A DNA stretch of 64,000 nt from Acidobacteriota bacterium (GTDB taxonomy: Bacteria > Acidobacteriota > UBA6911 > RPQK01 > JAJDTT01), in assembly GCA_965263035.1 (NCBI GenBank), contig OZ253580.1, forward strand, positions 2,176,001 to 2,240,000, read 5' to 3'. Below, in pieces: positions 52,383-61,007 of the stretch (positions are counted from its first letter, which is position 1; the number at the start of each line of letters is the position of its first letter). Made by a program: the position numbers and the translations under genes. The notes below the pieces were generated by a model. That model was not told the DNA's origin. It was given only the letters and a program-made list of their open reading frames with translations, and ran no database searches.

Positions 52383-53876
52383 TCAGGAAAGCTTCCCGGA
52401 CTCTTCGCCGAAAACCATCGACACGAGAGCGGCCGCGCCCACCGTCACCAGCGTGGAGACCGGAATCACCCACATCCAGGCCAGTTCGGGTAGGCCGAAC
52501 AGCCAATGGCCCTGAGCCCAGAGAAATCCCACCAGGATCCCGCAGAGAGCGCTTCCCATGGCCACCCTGGCGCTACAGCGAATTCCCAGCATGGCGATGA
52601 GCATGAGTCCTCCCAGGCTTCCCACCAGAAAACTGGTGACGCGTCCCTGGATGTCGAACAGGTTCCCCCTCTGCTCCTCCGGGATCTGGTACAGGAGCAG
52701 GCAAATGACGGTGGCCAGTCCGCCCACCGCGGCGGTGACGGCCCGGGCCAGGAACAGTTCTTGGCGCGGCGTGGCGGCGGCACTCCTGAAACTGCGGTAG
52801 AAGTCGGTGACGACCACCGAGGAGATGGAGTTCATTCCCGAGTCCAGACTGGACATGGCGGCCGAAAATAGCGCCGCCACCACGAGTCCCGCCAGTCCTC
52901 GGGGAAGGATGTGGCGGATGAAGTGGGGGAAGACCAGATCGGGGTCGTCGGGGATGGCGGCCTGATAGTAGGAGTAGAGGGCGATGCCGCAGAGTGAAAG
53001 AATCAGCGTCAGGACGACGCCGCCGACCAGGTTGCACAGGAAGGCCCGGCGGGAGGCCTGAAGCGACTCGGTGGCCAGGAACCGCTGGACGGCCACCTGG
53101 TCCGAGCTGGCGGTGGCCAGCCACCAGAACAGGGTCCAGCAGCCCATGCCCACCAGGCTCAGTCGAACGGTGGGGTCGAAGCTGAAGACGGGTTGGGACG
53201 GCGTGTCGGCCGCCATCATGTCGTTCCACCAGGTCGCCGGGCCGGTGCCCGAGTCGACGGCCACGTAGACGACGGTGAAGATGGCTCCGCCCAGAAGAAT
53301 GAAGAACTGGACCACGTCGGTCCAGATGACCGCCCGCAGGCCCCCCAGGACCGTATAGAAGACGCCGATGGCCACCAGGCCCACGACCACGGTGGTGAAG
53401 GAGAGGCTGCAGATCTTGGACAGGGCCAGCGAGGCGGTGAACAGGACCATCCCCATCCAGGCGGTCCGGATCAGGACGAAGAGGGACGCGCCGAAAAGCC
53501 GCGTGGTCAGGTCGAACCTCCGCTCCAGGTACTCGTAGGCGGTGGTGACCCGCAGCCGCATGAGATAGGGCAAGATGAGGTAGCTGACCAGGAAGAAGAC
53601 CAGGGGGTAGGAGAGGAACTAGGCGTTGGCTCCGACGCCGTTCTTGATCATCTCTCCCGGCGTGGAGAGGTAGGTGACCGTGGAGAGGACCGTGGCGACG
53701 ATGCTGACGCCGACAGAAAACCAGGAGAGGCTCCGTCCCGCCAGGAAGTAGTCCTCGGTGCTCTTTTGGCGCCGTCCGTAGTAGAACCCGACCCAGATCA
53801 CCACCGCGAAGTAGGCGGCGATGGCGGCGTAATCGACGGCGTGCAGGCTCTGAAAACGGTCCGGGACGGGGCTCAT
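52383..53876 (-). pseudogene. Sodium:solute symporter interrupted by one in-frame TAG (53619-53621)
   Basis: DYFLAGRS...GVGANA*FLSYPLVFF...TAYEYLERRF, VIWTDVVQ, SDQVAVQR, AAMSSLDS all in one frame. Confidence 0.85.
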
Positions 53877-53915
53877 GCCGTGAAGGTGGTCAGGAGCGGG
53901 AGCACTCCAAGGCTA

Positions 53916-54311
53916 TCACTCCGTTCCATTCAGAATTCGAAACCCCAGCGTCTTCGTCACGGAGGCCTGGCGGGCATCCAGCGTGACGAACGAGACTCGC
54001 CTGGGGTCTGTCGCCACATACAGAGCCGTCGCGACGTGCCAGAGATCGGCACCCTTCAAGTAACCGGCTTCCAGGACTGTTGAGTATTCCGGCGTCAAGG
54101 GCCGGTCCGGCAAAACCCAGTCGATACGGGTGATGAGACTCGCCGAAAATTCGACCATCTCCCGAGAGAACACAGCCCGCAGTTCCGCCTCCAAGAGGTT
54201 GGAAGAATGCAGACGATCGAATCCTCGCAGCCGGCGGTCCAGGGCCGGCGCGCCTGGCTCGCCTAAGGCGATGGCAGCTACCGCGGAGGTGTCTACGTAA
54301 GCGACGCTCAT
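53916..54311 (-). CDS. vapC: VapC-type PIN toxin
   Basis: AYVDTSA, LEAEL, LKGADLWH, TLDARQ; ATGA overlap. Confidence 0.88.
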   Translation of the reverse strand: MSVAYVDTSAVAAIALGEPGAPALDRRLRGFDRLHSSNLLEAELRAVFSREMVEFSASLITRIDWVLPDRPLTPEYSTVLEAGYLKGADLWHVATALYVATDPRRVSFVTLDARQASVTKTLGFRILNGTE

Positions 54312-54583
54312 TCGCCCCGTTCCGCCAGGAAGCGCTTGAGTGCACCAGGACGCCGGGCCACTGTCATGATCGGCTCCGCCGGCGCGGTCGAGCGCACCAG
54401 GACACCCCGTCGTTCGAGTTCGTCAAGGCGTTCCTCAATGGTGGAGGGGCCGCGCTGGATCGGGCGAACCTCTGCCACAGGCTCTCCGCGATAGGAGACC
54501 AGGATCGTTTTTCCCGATCGCACTTGACGAATGATTTCGGAGAAGCGCGCCTTAGCGTCGTAGGTGGAATAGATTGTCGGCAT
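54308..54583 (-). CDS. Phd/YefM family antitoxin
   Basis: YSTYDAKARFSEIIRQVRSG..YRGEPVAE. Confidence 0.9.
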   Translation of the reverse strand: MPTIYSTYDAKARFSEIIRQVRSGKTILVSYRGEPVAEVRPIQRGPSTIEERLDELERRGVLVRSTAPAEPIMTVARRPGALKRFLAERGE

Positions 54584-54589
54584 GGAAAC

Positions 54590-54618
54590 AATATAACTAG
54601 TCAGACTGGTCAGAACAA
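54590..54618 (-). promoter_or_regulatory. TA promoter/operator
   Basis: TTGTTC-N17-TATATT-N6-ATG; TCTGAC(C/T)AG direct repeats in the spacer. Confidence 0.65.
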
Positions 54619-54725
54619 CCCAACAAACAACCTGACTGGAAAATCATCGGTTCACTTGGGCACCAGATCACGCCGGAGTACAGCAATAATCTCGTATTCT
54701 TGTAACGAATGCCGCTGGGAATCCG

Positions 54726-55739
54726 TTATTCCTTCCAAACCCTTTCGAAGAGCCGGAAGACGTTGAGCCCCATGATCTTCTGCACCTCTTCCCCGGAATA
54801 GCCCCGGCCCACCAGGCCTGCCGTCAGATTCGGCATTTCGTCGGCCCGGGCGAGCCCGGCGGGAAGCGGGACGGGATAGGGAAGCGGAAAGACGGTGGAG
54901 CCTTTGAGCTTGCCGGCCATGAGCCAGTTGAACCACTCCGCGGTATGCAACTCGGTGAAATCCAGGCCGATGCCCACCGAATCGATGCCCACCAGATCGA
55001 CCCAGTAGTCGACGACGTCCAGCACGTCCTCCAGTGTCGAATCGTAGCCGCGTGCCAGGAACGTGGGAAAGCTGTTGGCGCCGACGATGCCCCCCTTGGC
55101 CACCAGGGCCTTCACTTCCTCGTCGGTCTTGTTCCGGGGATGCTCGCACAGGCTCCGGGGGTTGGTGTGGCTGAACCAGACCGGGTCCTCCGAGGTTTCG
55201 ATGGCGTCCATGGTGGTCCGGTGGCCCACGTGGGACAGGTCGATGACCATGCCCAGACGGTTCATCTCCGCCACCAGGTCCACCCCGAACTGGCTCAGGC
55301 CCACGTCCTGGCGCTCGTAGCAGCCGGCCCCCACCAGGTTCAGATCGTTGTAGGTGATCTGAATGGCCCGGACCCCGAGCCGGTAGAAGATTTCCACCAG
55401 ATCCAGATCGTCCGCGATGGGGGAGGAATTCTGGAAACCGAAGATGATCCCCACCCGGCCCTCCGCCTTGGCCTTCCGGATGTCGTCGAGACAGGTCACC
55501 TGCCGGATGTACCGGGAGTAGGTCTCCAGGTCCTTGTAGAAGCGGGCGATGTTGCGCAGGGTTCCCTGCGTCCCTTCCCAGACCGCCACCGTGGCGTTGA
55601 TGGCGGTGAGGCCGCCCTCGTGGAGATGGCGGTAGACCGCCTCCTCCCCCCAACGGCTGACGTTGAGGCCATCGATCACGATGGACCGTTCGTGAAGCTG
55701 CTTCGCCCCTGATTCCGTTCCCATTTGCTTAACCTCCAT
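54726..55739 (-). CDS. Membrane dipeptidase (M19)-like amidohydrolase
   Basis: QITYN, GLSQFG, DLSHVG, FSHTN, HPRNK, GIGLDF, IMGLN. Confidence 0.88.
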   Translation of the reverse strand: MEVKQMGTESGAKQLHERSIVIDGLNVSRWGEEAVYRHLHEGGLTAINATVAVWEGTQGTLRNIARFYKDLETYSRYIRQVTCLDDIRKAKAEGRVGIIFGFQNSSPIADDLDLVEIFYRLGVRAIQITYNDLNLVGAGCYERQDVGLSQFGVDLVAEMNRLGMVIDLSHVGHRTTMDAIETSEDPVWFSHTNPRSLCEHPRNKTDEEVKALVAKGGIVGANSFPTFLARGYDSTLEDVLDVVDYWVDLVGIDSVGIGLDFTELHTAEWFNWLMAGKLKGSTVFPLPYPVPLPAGLARADEMPNLTAGLVGRGYSGEEVQKIMGLNVFRLFERVWKE

Positions 55740-56262
55740 CGGTCACCCAGACCGCTACGATCCGGACCTGCTCGCCGTTTCCCTCCGACCGGACGGACAC
55801 CCGGCCCGCCCGGTCCAGGCCGCCAGCCTCCCGCAGAACCGCCAGGACACCCTGGGCGACCCCTTCCCACATGGCGTGCCCGTCCGGCAGATCTCCTTCA
55901 GGGGACAGGGCCGAACCCTGGATCCCGATCTCGACGCATTCCGACTCGAGGCGATCCAGTGAAAAGGTCCCCCAGCCCCGCAGGCCCACCTGGACCAGAT
56001 AGTCCTCGACCGCCTGCCGCGGCGAGACTCCCTCGACCTGGCGGTGCCGGCGGCAGAATTCCATGGCTCCATCGCGACCCGCCTTTCGAAACGCTTCGCT
56101 GAAGGCCGCCACACCGGCGATGGCCTTCATCTCCCTCAGAATGTAGCGAAAGAAATGGCGCGGCAGCAGGATCATCTCCTGCCCTCCCAGGACCAGGCGT
56201 CCGGAAGGTTCCAACCGGAGGCCGGAGCGCAGGGATTCAAACCGGTTCGAAGTCCGCAGCAT
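55729..56262 (-). CDS. V4R (4-vinyl reductase) domain protein
   Basis: MILLPRHFF, GLRGWGTF, WEGVAQG; overlaps the dipeptidase start. Confidence 0.7.
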   Translation of the reverse strand: MLRTSNRFESLRSGLRLEPSGRLVLGGQEMILLPRHFFRYILREMKAIAGVAAFSEAFRKAGRDGAMEFCRRHRQVEGVSPRQAVEDYLVQVGLRGWGTFSLDRLESECVEIGIQGSALSPEGDLPDGHAMWEGVAQGVLAVLREAGGLDRAGRVSVRSEGNGEQVRIVAVWVTDGG

Positions 56263-56386
56263 CGGGCAACTATCCCAGGTTACGGTGTCCCATTTGGCCC
56301 AAAATGCTACGGTAGCCCGATCGGAGGGACAAGGCCGGTATGACGCTGAGGACGATTGTCATACTTTCGCTGCATGATTTCGCCGT

Positions 56387-58087
56387 GTGGAAACGGCGAC
56401 AAACCGTCTTTCGGATTCGCGCCCCCAATGCCCCTCGGCCGTTCAACCGAAGATGACGAGAAAAAGCAGCATTCCGGACCACGCGGGAATCTCCGGCCCC
56501 GCGCGGCGTCGCGGGCGATTGTCGGCCCGGGCCACGATGGTCCTGGCGGCGGTCGCGAGCTTCGGCGTCTTTCATGACCTGGGTGTCCGTGCCCAGGAAG
56601 CCGGGCTCAAACCCGAGAGCCCGGTCCCCTTGTCCTACTTCCGAGGCCGGCCCCTGAGGATCGGCAACCAGATCCAGCTGCTGGCGGACGACTACATCGT
56701 GGAGGATCGCTGGAAGCTGCAGCGCCGGGTGGGCCGGGTGAACAAGTTCATGAGGAACCCGGTCATCGTCCAGGACAAGCCCTGGGAGGACGCGGTCGGA
56801 GCCTATCCTTCCGTGCTCCATGACGAACGGTTGGGCCGGTACCGCATGTGGTACCAGTGCTTCAACCTTTCGAACTACTTCTCGAAAGAGGGGCCCTCCT
56901 ACTACGTTGGCTACGCGGAGAGCGAGGACGCCTTCAACTGGACGAAACCCCGCCTGCAAGGATTTCCCTTCGCCGGGCACGAAAGGACCAACATCGTCTA
57001 CACCGGCCGCGGCGGGACCCGGGCGGCCGGCATGCAGGTCTTCCTGAACCCGGACCAGTCCGACCCGGGCCGGCGCTTCGTCATGGTCTACATCGGCTCC
57101 AGCGGCGTCGACCTGTCCTACTCGCCCGACGGCTTCCACTGGACCGAGGCGCCGGAGCCCCTCTTCCGCTACCACAGCGACTTCCCCAACCATCTCCTCT
57201 GGGTCCCCGAGCGGGACCTCTGGTACCTCTACGTGCGGCCAACGGTCCGGACCAACGGGATGCTGCCCCTGCCCGAAGGATCGAGACACACCGGCCGCCG
57301 GCTGGCCCTTTCCACCAGCCCGGACCTGAGAAGCTGGAGTCTCCCCAGGACGATCCTCTATCCGGACGAGAGGGACGAACCGGACTACGACAACCTCTAC
57401 ATCTTCCGCAGGCACGGCTTGTTCATCGCCTTCTATGCCAAGATGTTCCAAGAGGAGGCGATGAGCGAGACCGTGATGCACGTCGCCACCAGCCGGGACG
57501 GGATCCGTTGGGAACGGACCTGGAACCGGGAGCCGCTGGTGCCCCGGGGCGTCCCGGGGGCCTTCGACCACGGTCTGGTGGAGCCGGGCACCAGCCCGCC
57601 GCTGGAGGTCGGCCCCGATCTGCTCATCTATTACTACGCCTCCCCGGTGGGCCAGTACTACCTGAACCGGGAGACGGGCGTAGGCGTCTGCCGCCTCAGA
57701 AGGGACCGTTTCATCGGTCAACAGGCAGGCGACGCCACCGGCTACCTGTTGACCCGCCAGTTCATCCTGGAAGGAGGCCGCCTGGTCATCAACTGCGCCG
57801 CCCTGCATCCGGGAACCCGGCACCGGCGTCATCCATACCAGGCGGAGAGTGACGGGATCCGGGTGGCCATCATCCAGGCCCCCGATTTCAAGACCCGGGA
57901 GACGCGCTGGGAGACGGCCGTCCCCGGCTTCGGCCTGGAGGACTGCGACCGGATCTTCACCGACAACCTGAGCCACACCGTGACCTGGAACGGCGATCCG
58001 GATCTGAGCCGGCTCAAGGGGCAGCCTGTCTATCTCCGCTTTCAGCTCAAGAACGCCGACCTCTACTCCTTCCAGATCCGGCCATGA
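56387..58087 (+). CDS. Secreted beta-propeller glycosidase-like protein (start uncertain, may be 56453 or 56537)
   Basis: QLLADD, YRMWY, YAESEDAFNWTKP, SRDGIRW, LRRDRF, PVYLRFQL..LYSF. Confidence 0.72.
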   Translation: METATNRLSDSRPQCPSAVQPKMTRKSSIPDHAGISGPARRRGRLSARATMVLAAVASFGVFHDLGVRAQEAGLKPESPVPLSYFRGRPLRIGNQIQLLADDYIVEDRWKLQRRVGRVNKFMRNPVIVQDKPWEDAVGAYPSVLHDERLGRYRMWYQCFNLSNYFSKEGPSYYVGYAESEDAFNWTKPRLQGFPFAGHERTNIVYTGRGGTRAAGMQVFLNPDQSDPGRRFVMVYIGSSGVDLSYSPDGFHWTEAPEPLFRYHSDFPNHLLWVPERDLWYLYVRPTVRTNGMLPLPEGSRHTGRRLALSTSPDLRSWSLPRTILYPDERDEPDYDNLYIFRRHGLFIAFYAKMFQEEAMSETVMHVATSRDGIRWERTWNREPLVPRGVPGAFDHGLVEPGTSPPLEVGPDLLIYYYASPVGQYYLNRETGVGVCRLRRDRFIGQQAGDATGYLLTRQFILEGGRLVINCAALHPGTRHRRHPYQAESDGIRVAIIQAPDFKTRETRWETAVPGFGLEDCDRIFTDNLSHTVTWNGDPDLSRLKGQPVYLRFQLKNADLYSFQIRP

Positions 58088-58135
58088 AGCATCCGTCCGG
58101 GGCGGTGACGCGGCGCCGGCATGCCCGCACCGTTC

Positions 58136-58164
58136 TTGATTGCCGGGGTCATCTTGGATATAGT
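58136..58164 (+). promoter_or_regulatory. tRNA promoter
   Basis: TTGATT-N17-TATAGT. Confidence 0.65.
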
Positions 58165-58180
58165 TCGTCGTCATCAATGC

Positions 58181-58259
<79 letters not shown>

Positions 58260-58297
58260 TTCCTGTTGCGAACTTCCGCGGCGATCCAGTTAACGTG

Positions 58298-58330
58298 AGA
58301 CCCCGGAGGACGATCCCTTCGGGGTCTTGT
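58298..58330 (+). terminator. Hairpin downstream of the tRNA
   Basis: AGACCCCGGAGG/CCTTCGGGGTCT stem, weak U tract. Confidence 0.5.
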
Positions 58331-58611
58331 CGTATCTGGCGCTTTTCCAGGAAGTTGCGCCCCTTCCGACATGCTTCCCGACTCTCCGTTTCGCGATTTC
58401 GGCGCGACACCCCGCGTGCAACCATGGGGGTTACGGGCGCGGACCGCGTGATTTCGTCTCCGGATTCTCCGATTCTCCATTTTTCGCTCCGCGTTGTTTA
58501 ACAGCCCGGTTCGCCTCGGACCCCCGGGTTTCGGCAGTTGCCGACCGGCGAAGTCTGCTCTTGTCTGCGGACCGGTTTGTGGACTAATTTTGGACCAAAA
58601 AGGAGGCGTCC

Positions 58612-58887
58612 CTGAAACTGTCCAGCCGGATCAAGCCGATCAGCTATCTCAAGGCCCACGCTTCGGAGATCGTGCGCACGCTCGGCGACCAGGGAGAACC
58701 GTTAGTCATCACTCAGAATGACGAAGCCAAGGTGGTGCTGCAGGACATCTACAACTTCGAGAAGACGCAGGAGACGATGGCGCTGCTCAAGATTCTCGCG
58801 CTGGGCAACCGGCAGATCGAGGCTGGCCAAGTCGAACCCGCGGCGGACGTGATCGCGCGGCTCCGGGAGCGGAAACGGGATCGCTGA
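58612..58887 (+). CDS. Phd/YefM antitoxin with CTG start
   Basis: AGGAGG-N5-CTG, KLSSRIKPISYLKAHASEI..PLVITQN; GGAC repeats upstream. Confidence 0.8.
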   Translation: MKLSSRIKPISYLKAHASEIVRTLGDQGEPLVITQNDEAKVVLQDIYNFEKTQETMALLKILALGNRQIEAGQVEPAADVIARLRERKRDR

Positions 58888-59212
58888 TGTCCTTTCACGT
58901 TCAATTGGCCGATGACGCGGTCCGTGACCTGGAAGAGATCTGCGACTATATCGACCGACACGATTCTCCAGCCCGAGGGGACTACTTGCTGGAACGGATC
59001 GAAAGGGCATTCCAGGGCCCGTCCGAGCATCCGCAGCGTGGGAGCCATCCGAGGAGTTGCTGGACATCGGGATTCGAGAGTACCCGTAGGTCTTCTTCAA
59101 GCCCTACCGCATCATCTACCGGGTGGTCGAGAATACAGTCTACGTGCTCGTCATCGCGGATGGGCGGCGTGACATGCAGACGTTGCTACAGCGACGCCTC
59201 CTGCAGGCATAG
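58887..59212 (+). pseudogene. RelE/ParE toxin pseudogene
   Basis: AVRDLEEICDYI; frameshift near 59051 and TAG at 59087, then FFKPYRIIYRV..IADGRRDMQTLLQRRLL in another frame. Confidence 0.85.
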
Positions 59213-59232
59213 GCCTCTCACCTGGCCGCTAG

Positions 59233-61003
59233 GAGCCTGTCCGAGAATTCGGCATTGAGCGACCTTCACCCATAACCATGCTCAGGGGCAATGGCCCAAG
59301 GCTCCGAAGACCCTCGAATCCTGGCCTCCGAAGCCGAGGGAACCGATGGATTGCTCTAATTCCGACGCGAAAAGAGGCTACAGAGGCCGATTTTTGACTT
59401 CATCCGCCCTTATCCGCCCCTTTCTTACGCCCAGGCCGCTCGCTTCCCGAACTCTGGACACACCTCTCCCCGCAGAGCCGCAAGCATGATCTTTTTGAGA
59501 TTGTGTGCCACGCAGACCAGCGAGAACTCCCCCGCCACTTTCGCCTTGCCCCGCAGCCCGAATCCCCGAAATCCCGAGTTCTTGATCTGCCCGAACACCG
59601 GCTCCACGATCGTCTTGCGACGCGCGTAGATCGCTCGGCTCTCCGGTTTCGACATCCGCTCGTTCATCGCCCGTCGCAACGGCTCCTTCCCGTCGCTCGT
59701 GATCGTGCGCGCCGCCCCTGACTTCGACCGGCAGCAACGACGATAGTAGGCACAGGATCGGCACTCATCGATGTCCCCCTGATACACCCGCTGTCCCGTG
59801 CCGCGGGTGGTCTTCAACCTCAGCAGTTGGCCACCGGGACAATGAAAGCCGTCCTGCTCCTCGTCGTAACGAAAGTCCGCTTTCACCAAGTAACGCTTGC
59901 TCGCGTCCAGGTCCCCCTTCCCCCGCTTCTCTCCCCGGTCCGTCGCGATGTAGGCTTCCACCTTCCGATCCGACGTCTCCTGCAGGTTCTTCCCCGAGTA
60001 GTACCCGTTGTCCAAACTCAGCTTCTCCGGCAACCGACCGCTCGTCTCCTCCACCTCATCCAAGGCTGGAGCCACTTCCTGGGCATCGTTCGCCTGCTGG
60101 CTCACGTGCTGACCCACGATCACCTGCGACTTGCCGTCCACGCTGATCTGTGCGTTGTACGCGTACTCGAAGTCCCCTTTTTGCTTCATGATCCGCGCCT
60201 CGGGGTCCGCAAAGCTGATCTGCTTCTTGTCCTCGATCTCCCGACCCGGTCGAAGCTCCGCCTCCCGCGCTTCCAGCGCCTGCTTCATCTCCCGGACCTT
60301 CTTCAACCGCTGCTGCTTGTCGCGCAGGTCATCGGGCAGCTCATACCCGGTCCGCTCCTGGTAGACCCGATCCTCTTCCTCGTCGTAGCGGTCCGCCTGC
60401 CGGGTCAAGGCTTCGATCTCCTCGCACAATTCCTGCTCCTTCTCCTTCAGCCGTCCGTAACTCATCGCCTTGTGCTTCGAGCTGTTCGCCTTGAACTTGG
60501 ACCCGTCCAGGCTCACGTGGCCCAAACTCACCAGCCCCAGCCCCATCGCCAGTTGCACCGTCTGCTTGAAGCAGGACCGGAAGAATTCCCCGTGGTCCTT
60601 CCGGAAATCGCTCAACACCCGGAAGTTCGGGCAGTTCCTCCCCGCGATGTACATGAACCCCAGATCCTCCCGGCAGCGCTGCTCGATCTGCCGGGAGCTG
60701 AACACGCCGCGGCTGTAGGCGTAGATCAGGATCGACACGATCTGACGCGGCGCGTAGGCGCGCTGGCCCCGGTCGCTGTACTGGGCCTCCACTTCCGACG
60801 TGTCCAGTTGCTCGAACAGTTCCTGATAGAGGAAACATTCGTGATCCTCCGGCAAGAGGTCGAACACGTTAGCCGGAAACAGCTGACTCTGGTAGTAGTC
60901 TTTCGGGTAGGCTTTGAATCGCGGGGGCATCCAACATTCTCCTGATGATCAGATGCCCTGATTTTAAGGAGCTTCGGTGACAGCCCCGTTCTCGGACAGG
61001 CTC
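59233..61003 (-). mobile_element. IS1182-family insertion sequence
   Basis: 15-bp perfect TIR GAGCCTGTCCGAGAA/TTCTCGGACAGGCTC, flanked by CTAG. Confidence 0.92.
59425..60930 (-). CDS. IS1182-family transposase
   Basis: SSRQIE, SLDGSKFKANSS, DPEARIM, YNAQ, DNGY, RKTIVEPVFGQIK, RGKAKV..E. Confidence 0.93.
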   Translation of the reverse strand: MPPRFKAYPKDYYQSQLFPANVFDLLPEDHECFLYQELFEQLDTSEVEAQYSDRGQRAYAPRQIVSILIYAYSRGVFSSRQIEQRCREDLGFMYIAGRNCPNFRVLSDFRKDHGEFFRSCFKQTVQLAMGLGLVSLGHVSLDGSKFKANSSKHKAMSYGRLKEKEQELCEEIEALTRQADRYDEEEDRVYQERTGYELPDDLRDKQQRLKKVREMKQALEAREAELRPGREIEDKKQISFADPEARIMKQKGDFEYAYNAQISVDGKSQVIVGQHVSQQANDAQEVAPALDEVEETSGRLPEKLSLDNGYYSGKNLQETSDRKVEAYIATDRGEKRGKGDLDASKRYLVKADFRYDEEQDGFHCPGGQLLRLKTTRGTGQRVYQGDIDECRSCAYYRRCCRSKSGAARTITSDGKEPLRRAMNERMSKPESRAIYARRKTIVEPVFGQIKNSGFRGFGLRGKAKVAGEFSLVCVAHNLKKIMLAALRGEVCPEFGKRAAWA

Positions 61004-61007
61004 CTAG

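Noticed and set aside
24434-53621. Genome-wide TAG reassignment
   Set aside because: Several intact genes end in TAG (8124, 17356, 19545); no suppressor tRNA or pyl genes in the window
54652-54720. Possible duplicated fragment of the symporter 5' end flanking the TA cassette
   Set aside because: Similarity is limited to CCAGATCAC, too weak to call a direct repeat
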